A stretch of DNA of 62,210 nt from Rhina ancylostomus (lineage: Eukaryota): the NCBI GenBank assembly GCA_030265395.1, contig JARFYF010000074.1, positions 91,746,543 through 91,808,752 of the forward strand. Reading direction: 5' to 3'. Position numbers and translations under genes: made by a program. Positions 36,356-50,000 of the stretch are shown here, one piece after another. Every line of letters starts with the position of its first letter. Position 1 is the stretch's first letter. The notes under the pieces were generated by a model that made no database searches, was not told the origin of the DNA, and saw only the letters and a list, made by a program, of their open reading frames with translations.

Positions 36356-39300
36356 ACATCATCATAACAATGAGCCGACAAGTCTACTGCCAGAATTGCT
36401 TCAAAGGTGCATGCAGTGCGCTCTAAAATGAATGTCCTGATATGTATATCATGCTATATTTTGTACACTGTTCATTTACACTGTCCTTTGTTGTACTTGT
36501 GCAGCAACAGGAAGAAGAAGGCAGCTGGTTTGGATAAGAGGCCTATTCTCACCGAATCAATGGGGTAGAAAACTTGACGATAGTCTTGGTTCCCAGAAAA
36601 TGTTACAGTTCACCCTCAAACTTAGTTTAAAAAAATAGTAGAATACATCCAAATAACAGCTCAGAATTGTCCTTTTAGTTTTTGAACTGAGCCAATACTT
36701 TAATTTAGTGAGTGTTTATAGGTTGGGAGCGGTGAAAATTGCCCATCATAAGCCCCATTTGAAGGGAGAGAGATTTCAGGAGCCTTTCAACCACTGGCCC
36801 AGTGACTGTTGTCTTTCCCTTAGGTCACTGGAATCAGCAGTAAAAGATGGGGAATAGGGTGGCTTGCTGGGTCGTGCTTTCTGCTTCCAACAGCAGTAGG
36901 AGAAAGGGTAGCTAGTAGCCTCACTAGCTGATAGTTGGAACATAATATCCTTGTTGGCTAATTTACTGATGGCAGAATAAATGCAAGTTGATGCAATGTT
37001 GAAAAACAATTTTTGTCTTTGCACTACAATGACATTGCAAACACATTAATTAACCTTTTCATTGTATTACTAATGTGTAATTTAGCATATGCAAACTTAA
37101 AAGACTCAATACACAGGAATTACAATCATCATTTATTTACCAAGTGATCCATTGAAAGTCTGTGAGATAATAAACTATCTTTTCTGACTTGGTTTGTATC
37201 TGTATTTCCATATTTCCTTATGACAGGGATCATTTCATCCCCTCGAATCTGTGCCAGCTCATGGAGCAATCCTATTTTCCCATTTTCCCTGTAATCTATT
37301 ATTTAAACTTACATCACAAGTTTGTTATTAAAAATGATAATGGTTGTGATCTGAACCATATTGGAATGTTCTTCTCTGGTACAAGCACTATTTAAATACA
37401 ATTTATGTTGTGTTTTGTCAGTTTATATATTTTTGATGCCATGCTACCCTCAGATACATTTGGTACATAATTTCCTATTTTTCCATTATATTTGAAGACT
37501 TTTTCCCATCCCATTTTCTTTGTGTATTACCAAGTTTGCATCAGAGATTGCACGGAAAGTCATCATATTTCTGAGAAGTTGTAGTCAACCCCAAAGTAAA
37601 TAACCATTTTGGCTTGGAATTGATTTCATATCCAAGCAGAGTCATAGAAATAATTCTTCCAAAAGCTACCTCACATTGTTTATAACAGCTATTGACTTGT
37701 CCAATTCCCTTGTCAATACAAACTTAATACAATATTATTTCCAGGGGCAAATCCATTATTATTTGCCAAGATTCCTCTCGGCTCTCTCATTTGATAGGGG
37801 TGCCTACTCCTTGCCTGGCTCCCTTTTGATTTTATTCAATTGCTTTAGCAGTGTAGTAAATAGAATCAAAGGGTTAATATTCAGGCTGCAGGTTATATGC
37901 ACCAGAGTCAGTGATCTCAACTTCATCAATGGATTCTCTCTTTATCCCACTTCCCTGTAGCACATTTCAGCTTTCTCAGTTGCATGTGTTGTTTTGTCAC
38001 AATATTCATGGAAGCATTGTGGGACTTCCTAGACTGGTAAGGACTCAATGGGCTGAGTGACCTCCCTATGTATTGTAACCATTTTGAGATTCTGTGAACA
38101 GAGTATTGCATGAGGATGTCATCCCATCTCCCCCTAACTAGTTCCTTCAGGGATGCAAAGGTGACTCCTGCCAGATAATGCTAAATGACCAGGATTTCAC
38201 AGGCCTGCTTAGCTCAAAAGACATCAAAATCCTCCAGCAGCCTGCCATCAGTTGGCATTGGCTCTTTTGCTCTCCAGAGTTTGAATGGGAAAATCCTAGA
38301 ATCTACAATATTTATCCTGTAGCCATATTCTGTCATTTCAGTGCCTTCAGTAGCACTGAGCAAAGCACTTTATTTCACCTAGCATTAGTTTCAACATTCC
38401 CTTTCTGAATTGGGCGAGAAACCTTCACCACTGAGGAGTTTTGTGACTCAAAATCTCTTCCCTTGTGCTGTGTGAAATGACTGCTGGGGCTTTAATTTCT
38501 GTCAGATGTGAGCACTGAGAATTTCCCTGAGGATAGGAACTTTCACAGGGTAAATAATAATTCCCACATTCCTGGGGTCAGGAGAGGCAAAATCACTACC
38601 CAAGGGGGAATTTGGGACAGGACACGTGATCAAGGGAAGATGTGGTTATGTGTATCTCCCATTAACTTTTCCATTTAAAATTCTAAATAAATGTTGGAGA
38701 CACAAGATTGATGATTATTTTCATTATTGCAGATAATAACTCAAAGTAAAACAATATTTTCAAAAAATGATTTAAACCACTTATTAAGGATCTACCAGGT
38801 TAAAAATAATGCAAATATAAAAGAGAAATATAAAAAGAATCTCCGAAAGCATAATTCTGAACAGGAAGCAATATGGGCCACAAGGGGCTCTTATGGAGTC
38901 TTTTTCAAACACCATCAGTTACCAAATGCTTGAAAGTGGGATCTGACATTCTTGTGTGCTCTACTGATGGGACGTGTGCAAGATGTTATCTTGGCAAAGG
39001 TGTTAAAGTGTACAGACATAGCCATCACCAGCAGTGTATGGAGCGTATAGACAGATCACAATATTAATCAGTGTGTAATGCTGATGCCAGTGCTGCCATT
39101 TTCAAGCTGTATATTCCAGCCTACACTCTTTCATTCCTTTGCAGAGCTGAAAATTATGCTGCATGGATTGAAGGATCCTTCCCCACTCCTACTCTCCCAT
39201 CCCCAACCCTAGCTCCTTAATAGTGCTATTTTAAAGGGATCATGAAATATTTGCAGTTTAATTGCTGGATTATTTCTTTTGACTGTTGGTGCATTGTACA

Positions 39301-39469
39301 TATCTTAGGAGGTTTCTTGTACTTGGCTATGGTTTGAATAATCTACAGGGAGTTATCTGGCTGCCGTTAAGTACTTTTCTGTTTGTCTAACAGCTTGAAT
39401 AGCAGTTTGCTTCCAGATCTAAGTGGCCTGGTGAGCCTACCTCTGGCAATTGAGTGTGATTATGAAAAG

Positions 39470-40340
39470 AGGGGAAGCCACAGGGAACAGGAGAAGGAGG
39501 GGACCAAATCCTCAGGTTTTCTCTTGGGCTAATTCTATTTGCTCGATTTCATTGCAGACCTTGCTTCATGAAAATGTTTGTGACTGAAACCTCCCAGCTA
39601 CTGTAACTTCATTGTAGAGCACAGTTGGCTTTACCTGTGGCTATGTAGCCATTCGAGGCCATTAATTTTTATGCATCTTGATTTTTCAAGGTTGTTGGTG
39701 GTATGGAAAAAAAACACACTCCTTGCTTTTTGCTGGTCACTGAAGTTCTCTATGCACAGAGGCAACTTTTATTTTGCTTTGCTGGAGACAAGCATTGTGC
39801 AGCTATCCAATTATGCAGGGCGTCTTTGACTGCAGCAGATTGGTTGTCATGCTCTGCATGTGAACCTGATTGTTTTTTGTGAACCAAAAATGTGCAGCTG
39901 TTGAGCAGCCACAGGCAGTGAACATGCCATGCAGATGAATGCCCTTAAGCTTGTCAACACTCACAACTCTTTCATTCTTTGTCAGTCCCTTTGTCCCATG
40001 TGTATTGGACTCACCATGCCAAGTTTAAAGCTGGCTACTGGCTGGTGATGATTATCCACTCTTTATGTAGCTCACAACCCAAGACCAGCACCCATATGCA
40101 TGTGCCCAGCAGAAGAGCAATGAAAACAATTCAGCCATAGGGAACTTTATGTAGAACACCTTTGGCATTTTCAAGTAGCAATTTTACTGCCTGAATTAAA
40201 TTAGCAGAACTCCTGTGCTCAGCTTCAGGCATTCAAGGCTTGTAATAGATTTCTACTAGTTGCAGAGACTGGCTGTTAAAGGAACAGCCCTGATCATCAT
40301 GTGAATAACCAAAGAGCAGGAGTATGAGCAACTGGAGGGA
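39470..40340 (+). mobile_element. Harbinger (HARBI1-like) DDE transposase relic
   Basis: Collinear decayed motifs LALPVAM*PFEAINFYAS*FF, VTEVLYAQR, QGVFDCSRL (GAIDCTH), SWLLAGDDYPLFM*LTT (WLLGDKGYPL..WLMTP) and NTFGIFK*QFYCLN (E.TIG.LK.RFRCL). Confidence 0.75.
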
Positions 40341-40589
40341 NNNNNNNNNNNNNNNNNNNNNNNNNNNNNNNNNNNNNNNNNNNNNNNNNNNNNNNNNNNN
40401 NNNNNNNNNNNNNNNNNNNNNNNNNNNNNNNNNNNNNNNNNNNNNNNNNNNNNNNNNNNNNNNNNNNNNNNNNNNNNNNNNNNNNNNNNNNNNNNNNNNN
40501 NNNNNNNNNNNNNNNNNNNNNNNNNNNNNNNNNNNNNNNNNNNNNNNNNNNNNNNNNNNNNNNNNNNNNNNNNNNTTTAATAAAATCAA

Positions 40590-41400
40590 ACTAATCACTC
40601 TTCTGTATTAGTCCCAATCCTCCAGTGCTTTTCCCTGTCCTATTACTCCAACAAGGTGTTTCCTGCAGGCTGGTGGAAATCTGCTGACCTCCAATTGTGA
40701 ATGGTGTAGTTGACATCTGAAGGTGACCTAAAGCATCTCGGGGCTTAGAAGGTGTAATGTCTGACTGCAATCCGCTGACAGTTTGACAAGGAAACACTGA
40801 GGGCTCTGCCAGAGTGTCATTGGCAGTACAAATGCTGTCATTCATGGAGCCATGGTTACCTGAAGGACGATTCAAACCTGTGAAACCCAGGAAGCCTCCT
40901 TAACCAACAGTATCCAGCACCACAATGGTAGATATCATAGTGTGCAAGGTAGCAACATGATTTTCAACAAGAGCACTTGAAAGCTGCTGGTGCTGTATTG
41001 AAAAAGGTAGTACCAGTCCAACGTGGCATCATGGTCAGGCTTCCAGTGTGCTGATGGGAGGTGTTGACCTGCTCCATGTTGGATAGAATGAGTTCCAAGT
41101 CGTTAAAGGCCTATGCCAATATCAAGATTCCTCTATGCTCCTTGACATAGAGCTTTGGGATTCAGCAGACATTTACCATGCACCAAGTATTTGGTTATGT
41201 ACCTTCTGTCGCTTCCCCCATCAGAGTCCTCATCTGTCTCCTCTGCAGTAGAATCAGTGTAGGTTTCGAGTTCATTTTCTGCAAATTGGCATTGTGCTAT
41301 CCATTGCCTTCCCTCCTCTCCCCACCACTGCCCTGACTCCTGTGCCCTGATTGAAGTTTAACCACTTCAGCCTCTGAAATCTATGCAACTTTAGTCTGCA
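40590..41400 (-). mobile_element. Possible convergent Harbinger second gene (Myb/SANT partner) relic
   Basis: Coding-like low-complexity remnants (ORF 40591-40875, an acidic patch near 41220-41260) facing the transposase; no SANT motif actually seen. Confidence 0.3.
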
Positions 41401-43544
41401 ACCTTCTGACTTTTGAACATCAGATCATGCAATAGTATCTATCCATCTTCAGTGCATTTTTCCTCTTCACACCCCGCACCCCCCACTGGCGCTGAACCCT
41501 CCCCTCATAATTACCGGGAAGGTTCCAGATCACATTGCTGAAACTTGTTGGTGTGCTTGTCCTCCTCCCTTTCTTTACCTGGTACACTTTTGCAAGATGA
41601 ATAAAAAGAATGTGTAAGTATCCAACAGAATAAATTTTCAGTATCTTCTATGGTCAGCCATTTCTCAGTGCCTTGATTAATTTTTCAGGAAACTCTCATC
41701 ACTTCTTACACCGACCAGTGCACTTCCACTTTAGGTGCAGTTAGTTATTCTTGACATCAGTCTCTATGTTGATCCATGTATTCAAGGAACAGCACTGGCA
41801 TGTAGTTGATGGGCTGAATGATCTCTAAGCAACATGAAGTAATTATTTAACACTGCAAAGAGCACAGATTTGTTTTGTCGGCTGGCATGTGCACAGGTTA
41901 ATGACAGAATGTGACCTGTTTTGGGGACTAAGCTAATTCAAACCCTCATCTTTTATCATTAAGACTTGTAATGTGGAAATTATGCATGGAATGCAAATTG
42001 GGACAAGTGTTCTTCTGCAGGATGAGCTGTGAAGAGCTTTCGTGAATAGATTTGAGTTAAGGCAAAACTTCCCAGAAAGCTGTGAATTTGCAGATTTTAA
42101 ACTGCTCCTGACAATTGAGCACTTGGCTGTTTGGAATTTATAAATATTAATCTGCTGCATACTTATACATTTTAATTTGTTGCATCCTAGTGGTGATTTT
42201 AACATTTTAATGAAAATGATGTTATTTTATCAAATGTTTTGGAAGTCTGTAGAAGGGTTTACGTTTGGTCTTGCCAAAAGACCTGACCTTTTAAATATTG
42301 TTTTTCGCTCAGGAGGCACAAGACCGTAACTTGCTGATGATCATTTTCCAGCAACCAGTGCTTCAGAAACTACCCATCTAATTACCATGGTGACCTAGTC
42401 TTTGAGGAGATCCTTTATGCATCATTTAGGATCATGCCTCTTGCATTGGTAGGCTGGGAGGTAATTGTCTTGGCCATCTGGATATTTACTTACAAAAGAC
42501 ATGTCAAAGATGTTACAGCTGTTGCCTGATGATCTGCTGGTTGTTTCATGTTCTGAAAAGGGTGCTTTTTAAATTTGCAAACAAAGACTTGATGATAGAA
42601 ATCTCACTGAAATGTATCATTATGAAACTTTATTTTCCCTCAGTATCTATGAGAACAAGCTGATCTTTTATTATTGTGGGATATGGTGGATATTAAGAGG
42701 GACCAATTAACTTTTGGGTGAAAATATTTTGCCAAAACAGAGGTGCTGAGGGAAGAACTGCAGTTATGCGGCTGGCATTTGCTTTACAATCATCTTTAAT
42801 TTTACTTTTTTAATTAGTAACCACTACATACGGGCCCACTCTTTCTCTTTTCTCCTTGCATTCTCAGCATCCAAATGGATTCAAATGCTGGGAGACAGAT
42901 GAGATGAAATCTCCTTCAAGATGAGACCTTTAGGAAATTGGCTCCCAACAGATATAGTGAAAGAGCCTTTAATTCATAACAATTCAGCAGTTTCAGTCAT
43001 CATTCCCGTGGCTTCTTTGTATGAAGAACTGGAAGATATCACAGTGGCATGTATTCAGCACTTGATCATCAGAAGAGAGAATGCCATTGGTGGGCACATC
43101 ACCCATTTGTACACCAAACATTGTGGCAAACACCTTCATTTCTGATACACACATGCAGCAGATAGCTCAAACTTCTTGGTGGGAGCATGATTTTATGAGA
43201 TTTCTCCTTAGATCTCTATCTCAGGATTACCCCAATTCTAATTGGACTAATAAATCTCTGGGGGGATTAACAATGACATTGTGTGGCTTTTATTAACATC
43301 ACAAATATCCAGCAGTATGGAAAATTCAAAGCTAACAAAGAAAAATTAAATAAAAGCAACGATTAAGCTTAGGGGAATAAAAAGTTGAAACTTTAACAAA
43401 TTATCCCAATTAATTTGGATTTGTACCTCCCATTGACCTTCATTGATCTATTGGCAATGGCATTGAAATATAATCAAATCACGTAATTATTATTTTTATA
43501 TAATCACATCTGTGATGTTAACTTCACCGACAAAGTCAACAATT

Positions 43545-44990
43545 ACTGTCCCTCCTGAGCTGCCCTTGAGAAAGTGATGATAAACCACTTTTTCTTGAAC
43601 TGAATCCTCGTACCAAAGTCCTTTGACAGTACTTTCAGATAGACGATACCAGAATTCAGACCCAGGAATGACAAAAGAATGGTGATATATTTTAAAGTTC
43701 GATGGCAGGCTGGTCTGGAAGGTTAGGTCCCATGGAATCCAGGGATTGCTAGTTAAGTGGATTTAAAATTAGCTCGGAGGGTGGTGGTTGAAGGTTGTTT
43801 CTCGGAATGGAGGCTGGTCACTAGTGGTGTGCCACAGGAGTCGTTGTTGGGAACCTTGTTATTCATTATTTATATAAATGATTTGGATGCGAATGCACAA
43901 GGCTTAATCAATATGTTTGCGAATGAAACAAAATTAGCAGGTGTTGTTGATAGTGAAGAGGGTTATCGTAGATCACAGGAATTGTAATCAGTTAGGGAAG
44001 TGGGCCGAGGAGTGGCAAATGGATTTCAATACAGATAAGTGTGAGATGATGCATTTTGGAAAGTCAAACCAGCATAGGATTTATACTATGAATGGTAGGA
44101 CATGAGGCAGTGCAATGAAACAGAGGGACCTAGGAGTACAAGTGCATAGTTCATTGAAAGTGGCATCACAGGTAGGCAGGGTGGTGAAAAAAGCATTACC
44201 ACGTTGGCCTTCATCAGTCGGGACATTGAATATAGTAGTTGGGACATTGTGTTGCAGTTGTATAAGTCATTGGTGAGGCTGTACTTGGAGTGCTGTGTAC
44301 AATTTTGGTCAACCTATTATAGAAAAGATGTGGTTAAACTGGAACAAGCGCATAAAAGATTTACGAGGATGTTGCCAGGACTGGAGGGCCTGAGTTCGAG
44401 GGAGAGACTGGCCTGGCTAGGTCTTTATTCCTCAGAACGTAGGAGAATGAGGGGCGACCTTATAGAAATGTTTAAAATTATGAGAGGCATAAATGAGGTG
44501 GATGGTAACAGTCTTTTCCCCAGGTTAGGGGAGTCCAAAACTAAGGGGCATAGGTTTAGGGTGAGAGGGGAAAGATTTAAAAGGGACTTGAGGGGCAAAT
44601 TTTTCAGCAGAGGGTGGTGAGTATACAGAATGAGCTGCCAGAGGAAGTGGTTGAGGCAGGTACAATAGTATCATTTAAGAATCACTTGGACAGGTACATA
44701 GAGGGGTGGGGCTAGGAGGGACATGGTGGAACACAGGAAATTGGGACTAGCTGGGTGGGCGCTGTGGTCAGCATTGACTCATTGGGCTGAAGGGCCTGTA
44801 TCCCTGCTGTATTGCTCTATGACTCAGATAATGTGCGACTTGAAGAGCAACTACAGGTGCTGTTCCCAAGTGCCATTTCCTTGTCCTCTTTGGTGGTAAA
44901 GGTCACAGGTTTGGGAGGTGCTGTTGGAGTAGTCTTGGTGACTAACTTCAATGTATTTTGTGGAAGGTACACATTACAGCTAATGTGCAT
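43545..44990 (-). mobile_element. Old CR1/L2-group LINE 3' end, split by a young CR1
   Basis: tgcccttgagaaagtgatg...ggtgatatattttaaagt (43545-43700) continues as agataatgtgcgacttgaagagcaact...ggtttgggaggtgctgt (44827-44990). Confidence 0.55.
43702..44825 (+). mobile_element. CR1 LINE RT to 3' end, same subfamily as 34600-36355
   Basis: ORFs 43757-43987 (VTSGVPQESLLGTLLFIIYINDLD) and 44204-44620 (LYKSLVRLYLECCVQFW..RRMRGDLIEMFKIMRG); matching tail. Confidence 0.95.
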
Positions 44991-45194
44991 CCTATAGGAT
45001 TGCTGTCTGATTCTCCTTGCTTGGAAAAGACTTTTTCACTCAAAAATTCAACAGCAAATACAAAAGGTATATTTTTAATGTTATTTGTTCTTATAGTAAA
45101 TTGAAATGTACAATATTAATCACAGACCTGTAAGGGATTTGCAGAACAAATTGAAATTCAGCTGCTGCTTATTCTTTATCAGTCATGTAAAACT

Positions 45195-45445
45195 TCACAT
45201 TACCACCATCGGGGAGGAGGTACAGGAGCCTGAAGAGCCACACTCAATTTTTCAGGAACAGCACCTTCCCCTCCATCAGATTTCTGAATGGTCCATGAAC
45301 CCATGAACTCTACCTTGTTATTCCTCTTTTGCACTTCTTTTTTAATTTTTGTAACTTATGGTAATTTTTTATGTCTTGCACAGTACTGCTGCCACAAAAC
45401 AGCAAATTTCATGACATATGTCAGTGATATTAAACCTGATTCTGA
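45195..45445 (+). mobile_element. Rex1/Babar LINE 3' end
   Basis: LPPSGRRYRSLKSHTQFFRNSTFP..IRFLNG, followed by a 3' UTR ending taaacctgattctga. Confidence 0.85.
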
Positions 45446-46120
45446 AAACGTTGTAGGGATTAAGTCATCTGAAAGGAAAAAAACAGAAACTTTCATTAAA
45501 TCAAGAATAAATTCTCCATCTTCATGAGGGAAATTAGAGAGGGGTAATAAATGCCAGCCTTTCCAATAATGCCCACATCATGTAAAATTAAAATGAACTT
45601 CACATGACTATTATAGGGTTCCTCTGAAAATTCCATTGCACGTGGCAGATGTTTAAAATTACTACCTTGTATTAGTCTCTGCCACAGAATATGGTGCTAA
45701 GTTATTGGTGGTACATTGGAGGGTAGGTGCTAATGCTTAAATTGTTAAAATAACTGATAATCTCTACAGTTTCAGTTACTACGATAAACTTTGAGCTTGT
45801 TTCACTTGGAGTAGATTTGACAGACAAGTTTAGTTTTGGTCAATTGAAACTATTCCCAATTGCAGAGTTGCCAAATAACAGAAGATACAGATTTAAAATG
45901 AGTGTCAAAAGATTCAGGGATGATGTGAGGAAAAGCCTATTTTATTGCAGGGAGTATTATTATCTGGCATAGACTACCGGAGAGTGAGGTGGATTCAGTT
46001 TCAATTATGTCTTTCAAAAATGAATTGGATAAATGGGTAAAATAAATCGTAGCACTTTGAGGGAAATGGTGCGGGCGGTGCTGAAGAATGTGTTTTACTG
46101 GATTAGTCTGTGAAGATCTA

Positions 46121-46415
46121 GATATAGATAGATATTTATTAGTCACGTGTACATCAAAACAGATGGTGAAATGCATCTTTTTACATTGCTGAGAATGTGT
46201 TGGGGGCAGCCCGCAAGTGTCACCACTCTTCCGGCATTGATGTAGCTTGTCCATAGCTCCTAACCCGTACGTCTTTGGAATGTGGAGGGAAACTGGAGCA
46301 CCCGGAGGAAACCCACGCAGCTACGGGGAGAATGTACAAACTCCTTTCAGACAGTGGTGGAATTAAACCTGGTGCTGTAATAGCATTATACTAACCGCTA
46401 CACTACCGTGCTGCC
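46121..46415 (-). mobile_element. Full-length V-SINE with Rex/Babar-like tail, inserted in an old CR1 3' end (45880-46445)
   Basis: Head ggcagcacggtagtgtagcggttag (reverse), V-domain, gccggaagagtggtgacacttgcgggctgccccc, tail gatgtacacgtgactaataaatatctatct. Confidence 0.9.
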
Positions 46416-46892
46416 AAACTCATTGAGCTGAATGGCATTTCTGTGTTTGGAAAGTACTGGGTGGGGGAGGAGGAACCACGTCAAATCAGTTGTTTTATCA
46501 CAAGAACAGGTCAACACGTCAGAACCAAAATGTCCCCCTCCATCAGTGAGCAAGGGACATGTTCCTGTTAATGCTGGGCAATGGCATAATAATGCATTGA
46601 TTCCAGACAAACACATTCAAATTCCAGTAAACATCTTCCAGAAAGGTGGGATAATTTTATCATGGTGATTTTGTGACTAAATAATTGTTTGCAAGTACTG
46701 TCCATTTTCCAATGTTGCAAAGCAAGAGAAAGCATATTATCAGCTTCTTGTTAACAATTTAAAAAAAAGGCAACAATTTTATTCAGAGCTTTTCTTATTC
46801 TCTGGACTGAGCTTCTACTTTTCATGTTCATACACTTGCTTTGCTACCACTGGTTGTGGTATCATACTAAAACTCTGTTTTGCACAAACAGC

Positions 46893-47020
46893 AAAACCTG
46901 CAGATTCTGGAAATCTGAAATAAAAACAAAATGCTGGAATTTCTCAACAGGTCTGGCAGTATCTATGGAGAGAGAAACTGAGTTAATGTCTCAGGTCAAT
47001 GACCTTTAATCAGAACTGGA
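46893..47020 (-). mobile_element. Penelope pseudo-LTR copy with degenerate hammerhead motif
   Basis: Minus strand reads ttCTGATTA-aaggtca tt gacct-GAGA-catt, then the family body ending ccagaatctgcagg. Confidence 0.7.
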
Positions 47021-47189
47021 AAAGTGAGAAAACAAGTGTGTCTTTTTGAAATGTAGGAAGAGTGATGAGTGGAGAGAGCAAGGGAACCGAAGTGACACAA
47101 ATACTTTTGGTGTTTTCTTAAAGAGGAAGTGAAAGTTTACTAATCCAAGCTGATTTTTCTGGAAGGGTGTAAACGCTGAGATGGTGAGA

Positions 47190-47975
47190 TGCAGAAAGCT
47201 GCTGCTGTTGGAAATCTGAAATAAAAGCGAATGCTGGAAATACTTAGGAAATCAGGGAACGTGTAGAGAGAGAAAATGGTGTAGGTTAATGCCCTTGTAC
47301 CTGAACTGGTCAGTTCAATATCGATCCCAAGGACTGCAACCTGATGAGGTGGAAAATGAAATGGAAAATTCCTCAAGTATACACTGGACTTTGTTAGAAC
47401 AGTGTGAGAGGCCAAGGCAGAAAGATCAGGGTGGGAGTTAGATGGAAAATTAAAATGACAACGGGGATCGCCTGAATGGAAGTGTTCTGCAAAGCAGTCA
47501 CCTAATTTGCACATATTTCATCACAAGTAGAGGAACACAAATCTTGAGCACTGCACTGAACTTGTTCCAGGTTACGACAGGGTTCTATTCCTGAGACCTG
47601 TTCGTAACCTGAACGGTTTGTAGGTTGGAAATGTGGCTGCCTCACAATATATTTAAATGAAACATAGGCCAACCAAGGGCAGCATGTAGGGGTATTTAAC
47701 TCAACTGTTCAATTTTCTCTGCAAGATGCAATGATATTGCCGTGAACTGAGTTATTACATAGCAGGAGGTACCTGCAGCAACTGGAAAATCTAACCCACC
47801 AGTTTCCCAGATGCTCATTTGTATGTCTGAACTGTACATAAGTCAAGTGTTGAGAACCCAGGGAGGATCTGTACATTCAGTTGAAAGAAGTGTGAGTGAA
47901 TAGCTGTTTCACCTGGAAAGACTATTTGGGTCCATGGATATTGGGAAAGGAAAAGGCAAAAGGACAGATGTAGAT
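47190..47975 (-). mobile_element. Penelope-like element, GIY-YIG endonuclease relic plus terminal repeat
   Basis: CKLGDCFAEHFHS..CHFNFPSNSHPDLSAL..FHF..VLGIDIEL resembles the Penelope GETKRRLGDRFAEH..HFNS..GLNIEF region; upstream QCSRFVFLYL and a GPKQSFQVK-like segment at about 47900; second terminal repeat at 47190-47290. Confidence 0.75.
47565..47873. mobile_element. Tigger/pogo-like MITE inserted in the Penelope relic
   Basis: caggttacgacagggttctattcc..ttcgtaacctgaac at the left and gtacataagtcaagtgttgagaacccagggaggatctgta at the right; it splits the GIY-YIG reading. Confidence 0.55.
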
Positions 47976-49720
47976 TGACTGTTGTGGTCAGAACTTTGAG
48001 TTAATTTACTTCATTTGAAATTAAAAACATTTAATTATTTGCCAGTAATTTTAAAGTTTTAATAAAGTGCTTTTAAAGTCTTTTAAATATTTTTATTGTT
48101 TTTTTAATTTTATCTATTTGCATAGTTTTTAATGTCTCTCTCAGAGACACTATAAAACAGTTAAAAAGTCTGTGGCACCATCTGGAAATATTAAGTCTGA
48201 GTAGGTGACTCCTTGGTCGGTGGACTTGGGTATTGGACCAGGTCCAGCGTGATCAAACCAATGGAACAGCATTGGTGGACACATAGCAAACAATGGGAAG
48301 TTCATTAGTAAATGGCACTCTGCGTTTGAACAACACTGTGTCGGCAGATTTCAATTTACTTAATCCTGAACTTATTTTAAGGCTTGTAGTTTGTATATAA
48401 TTTGGAACACACATAATTGAAGCAAATGCCTGTTATGACAGAGCAAATTCTATTCCTGGATACAAAAGACTACACTCTTTAATTCCCAAAGGAGTAACTA
48501 CATTCCATAAAATAGATAAAACTATAATTAGATCACCAGCATTTTTGACTCATTGAAGACAATTCAATCAACAAAAATATTACATATAACAAAGGAATTA
48601 TTGAAAAACAGGATCATGGAAGCTGCATCACAGAATGGTGACTTGACCTGATGTTTCTTTGGTAGCTGGAGGAATCTTAAATCAAACTTATTGATATGCT
48701 CTCTCTGCACAGCCTTGATTTTTACTTTGCCTCAAATATGTTTCATTATCCACACACAGACACACAATCTCTACTTAATCATTAATTCATCTTTGGGCAG
48801 CTGAAATTTATATTTCTGTTGTACTTTGTACATATGGAAAAAATCCCCATGAGGTAACAGTCACAAGGGAAAACAGGCGCTGAGCTAGACATTAGGAGAT
48901 GCATCCAAAACAAAAGGGTTGAAGAAAAAGTATTAAAAGAAGCAAGGGAGGATAGTGAAGTGGGTAAATGGGTGAGGAGTTGGGCCCTGAATCATTGAAG
49001 ACCCTGCAGCCAATGGTGATGCAAATGGGGAGAAGATTTGCAAGAAGCTGAAATTAAATTAACGGTGATCTGCGGAAGGGTTGTGGAACTGGAGGAAAAT
49101 AATGAAATAGGGTGGTGCAAAGCTACAAAAGAATACTCAGCCAAGATCCTCAGCTGGCCAGTGTTTTCCAAATGACATTTGATCATTTTGATTTTTCACC
49201 CAAAATAAAGTGATTTGGTCCATAGGCCAAAGAGTTTTAGTGATTTATTTTCCCTCTGTTCCAGTTTCAGCAATGAGTGACTGAGTTTCCTGGGCCTAAA
49301 TGGGCCTAAAAAAAGGAACTAAAAGGAGAGGAAGCCTGCTACTTGGAATGGTGAGTGCTTTTCCAGCTCTGCTTGTAAACTACCAACAGGTATAGAAGTA
49401 CCTGTGAAGTTAACCTCATCAATGATCAGAACTCCACCCAACTATCCAGTGTGCTCCTGATCCCTTTCATTGACCTCTATCAGAACTCCCACAATCCTCT
49501 TCTGCAATTCTCCAGCCCTTTATTAGAGATTCCTCCTCCTTTGATCCTTCCTGGCNNNNNNNNNNNNNNNNNNNNNNNNNNNNNNNNNNNNNNNNNNNNN
49601 NNNNNNNNNNNNNNNNNNNNNNNNNNNNNNNNNNNNNNNNNNNNNNNNNNNNNNNNNNNNNNNNNNNNNNNNNNNNNNNNNNNNNNNNNNNNNNNNNNNN
49701 NNNNNNNNNNNNNNNNNNNN

Positions 49721-50000
49721 GTAGCAGTTAGTGTAATGCGCTACAGCGCCAGTGACCCAGGTTGAAGTCTGGCCACTGTCTGTAAGGAGTCTGTATGTTC
49801 TCCCTGTGTCTGCGTGGGTTTCCTCCGGGTGCTCTGGTTTCCTCCCACATTCCAAAGGAGTACAGGTTAGGAAGTTTTGGGCATGCTATGTTGGCGCCGG
49901 AAGTGTGGTGACACTTGCGGGCTGCCCCCAGAACACTAAGCAAAAGGATGTATTTCACTATGTTTCAATGTACATGTGACCAATAAAGATATCTTACCTA
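49721..50000 (+). mobile_element. V-SINE with Rex/Babar-like tail
   Basis: Head after the gap, V-domain gtgggtttcctccgggtgctctggtttcctcccacattccaaag, tail tttcactatgtttcaatgtacatgtgaccaataaagat. Confidence 0.9.

Noticed and set aside
40233-40611. ORFs made mostly of X (also at 1739-2203, 14455, 20667-21003, 31562-31880, 49451, 58938, 60330-60642)
   Set aside because: These are artefacts of translating through N gaps.
42840-43150. Strong plus-strand acceptor (ttctccttgcattctcag) before ORF 42921-43145
   Set aside because: All three frames stop within about 60 nt of the acceptor, there is no clear donor, and the peptide is unrecognisable.
44204-44620. 138-aa ORF as a cellular gene or active RT
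   Set aside because: It is a C-terminal fragment of a 5'-truncated, frameshifted CR1 ORF2.
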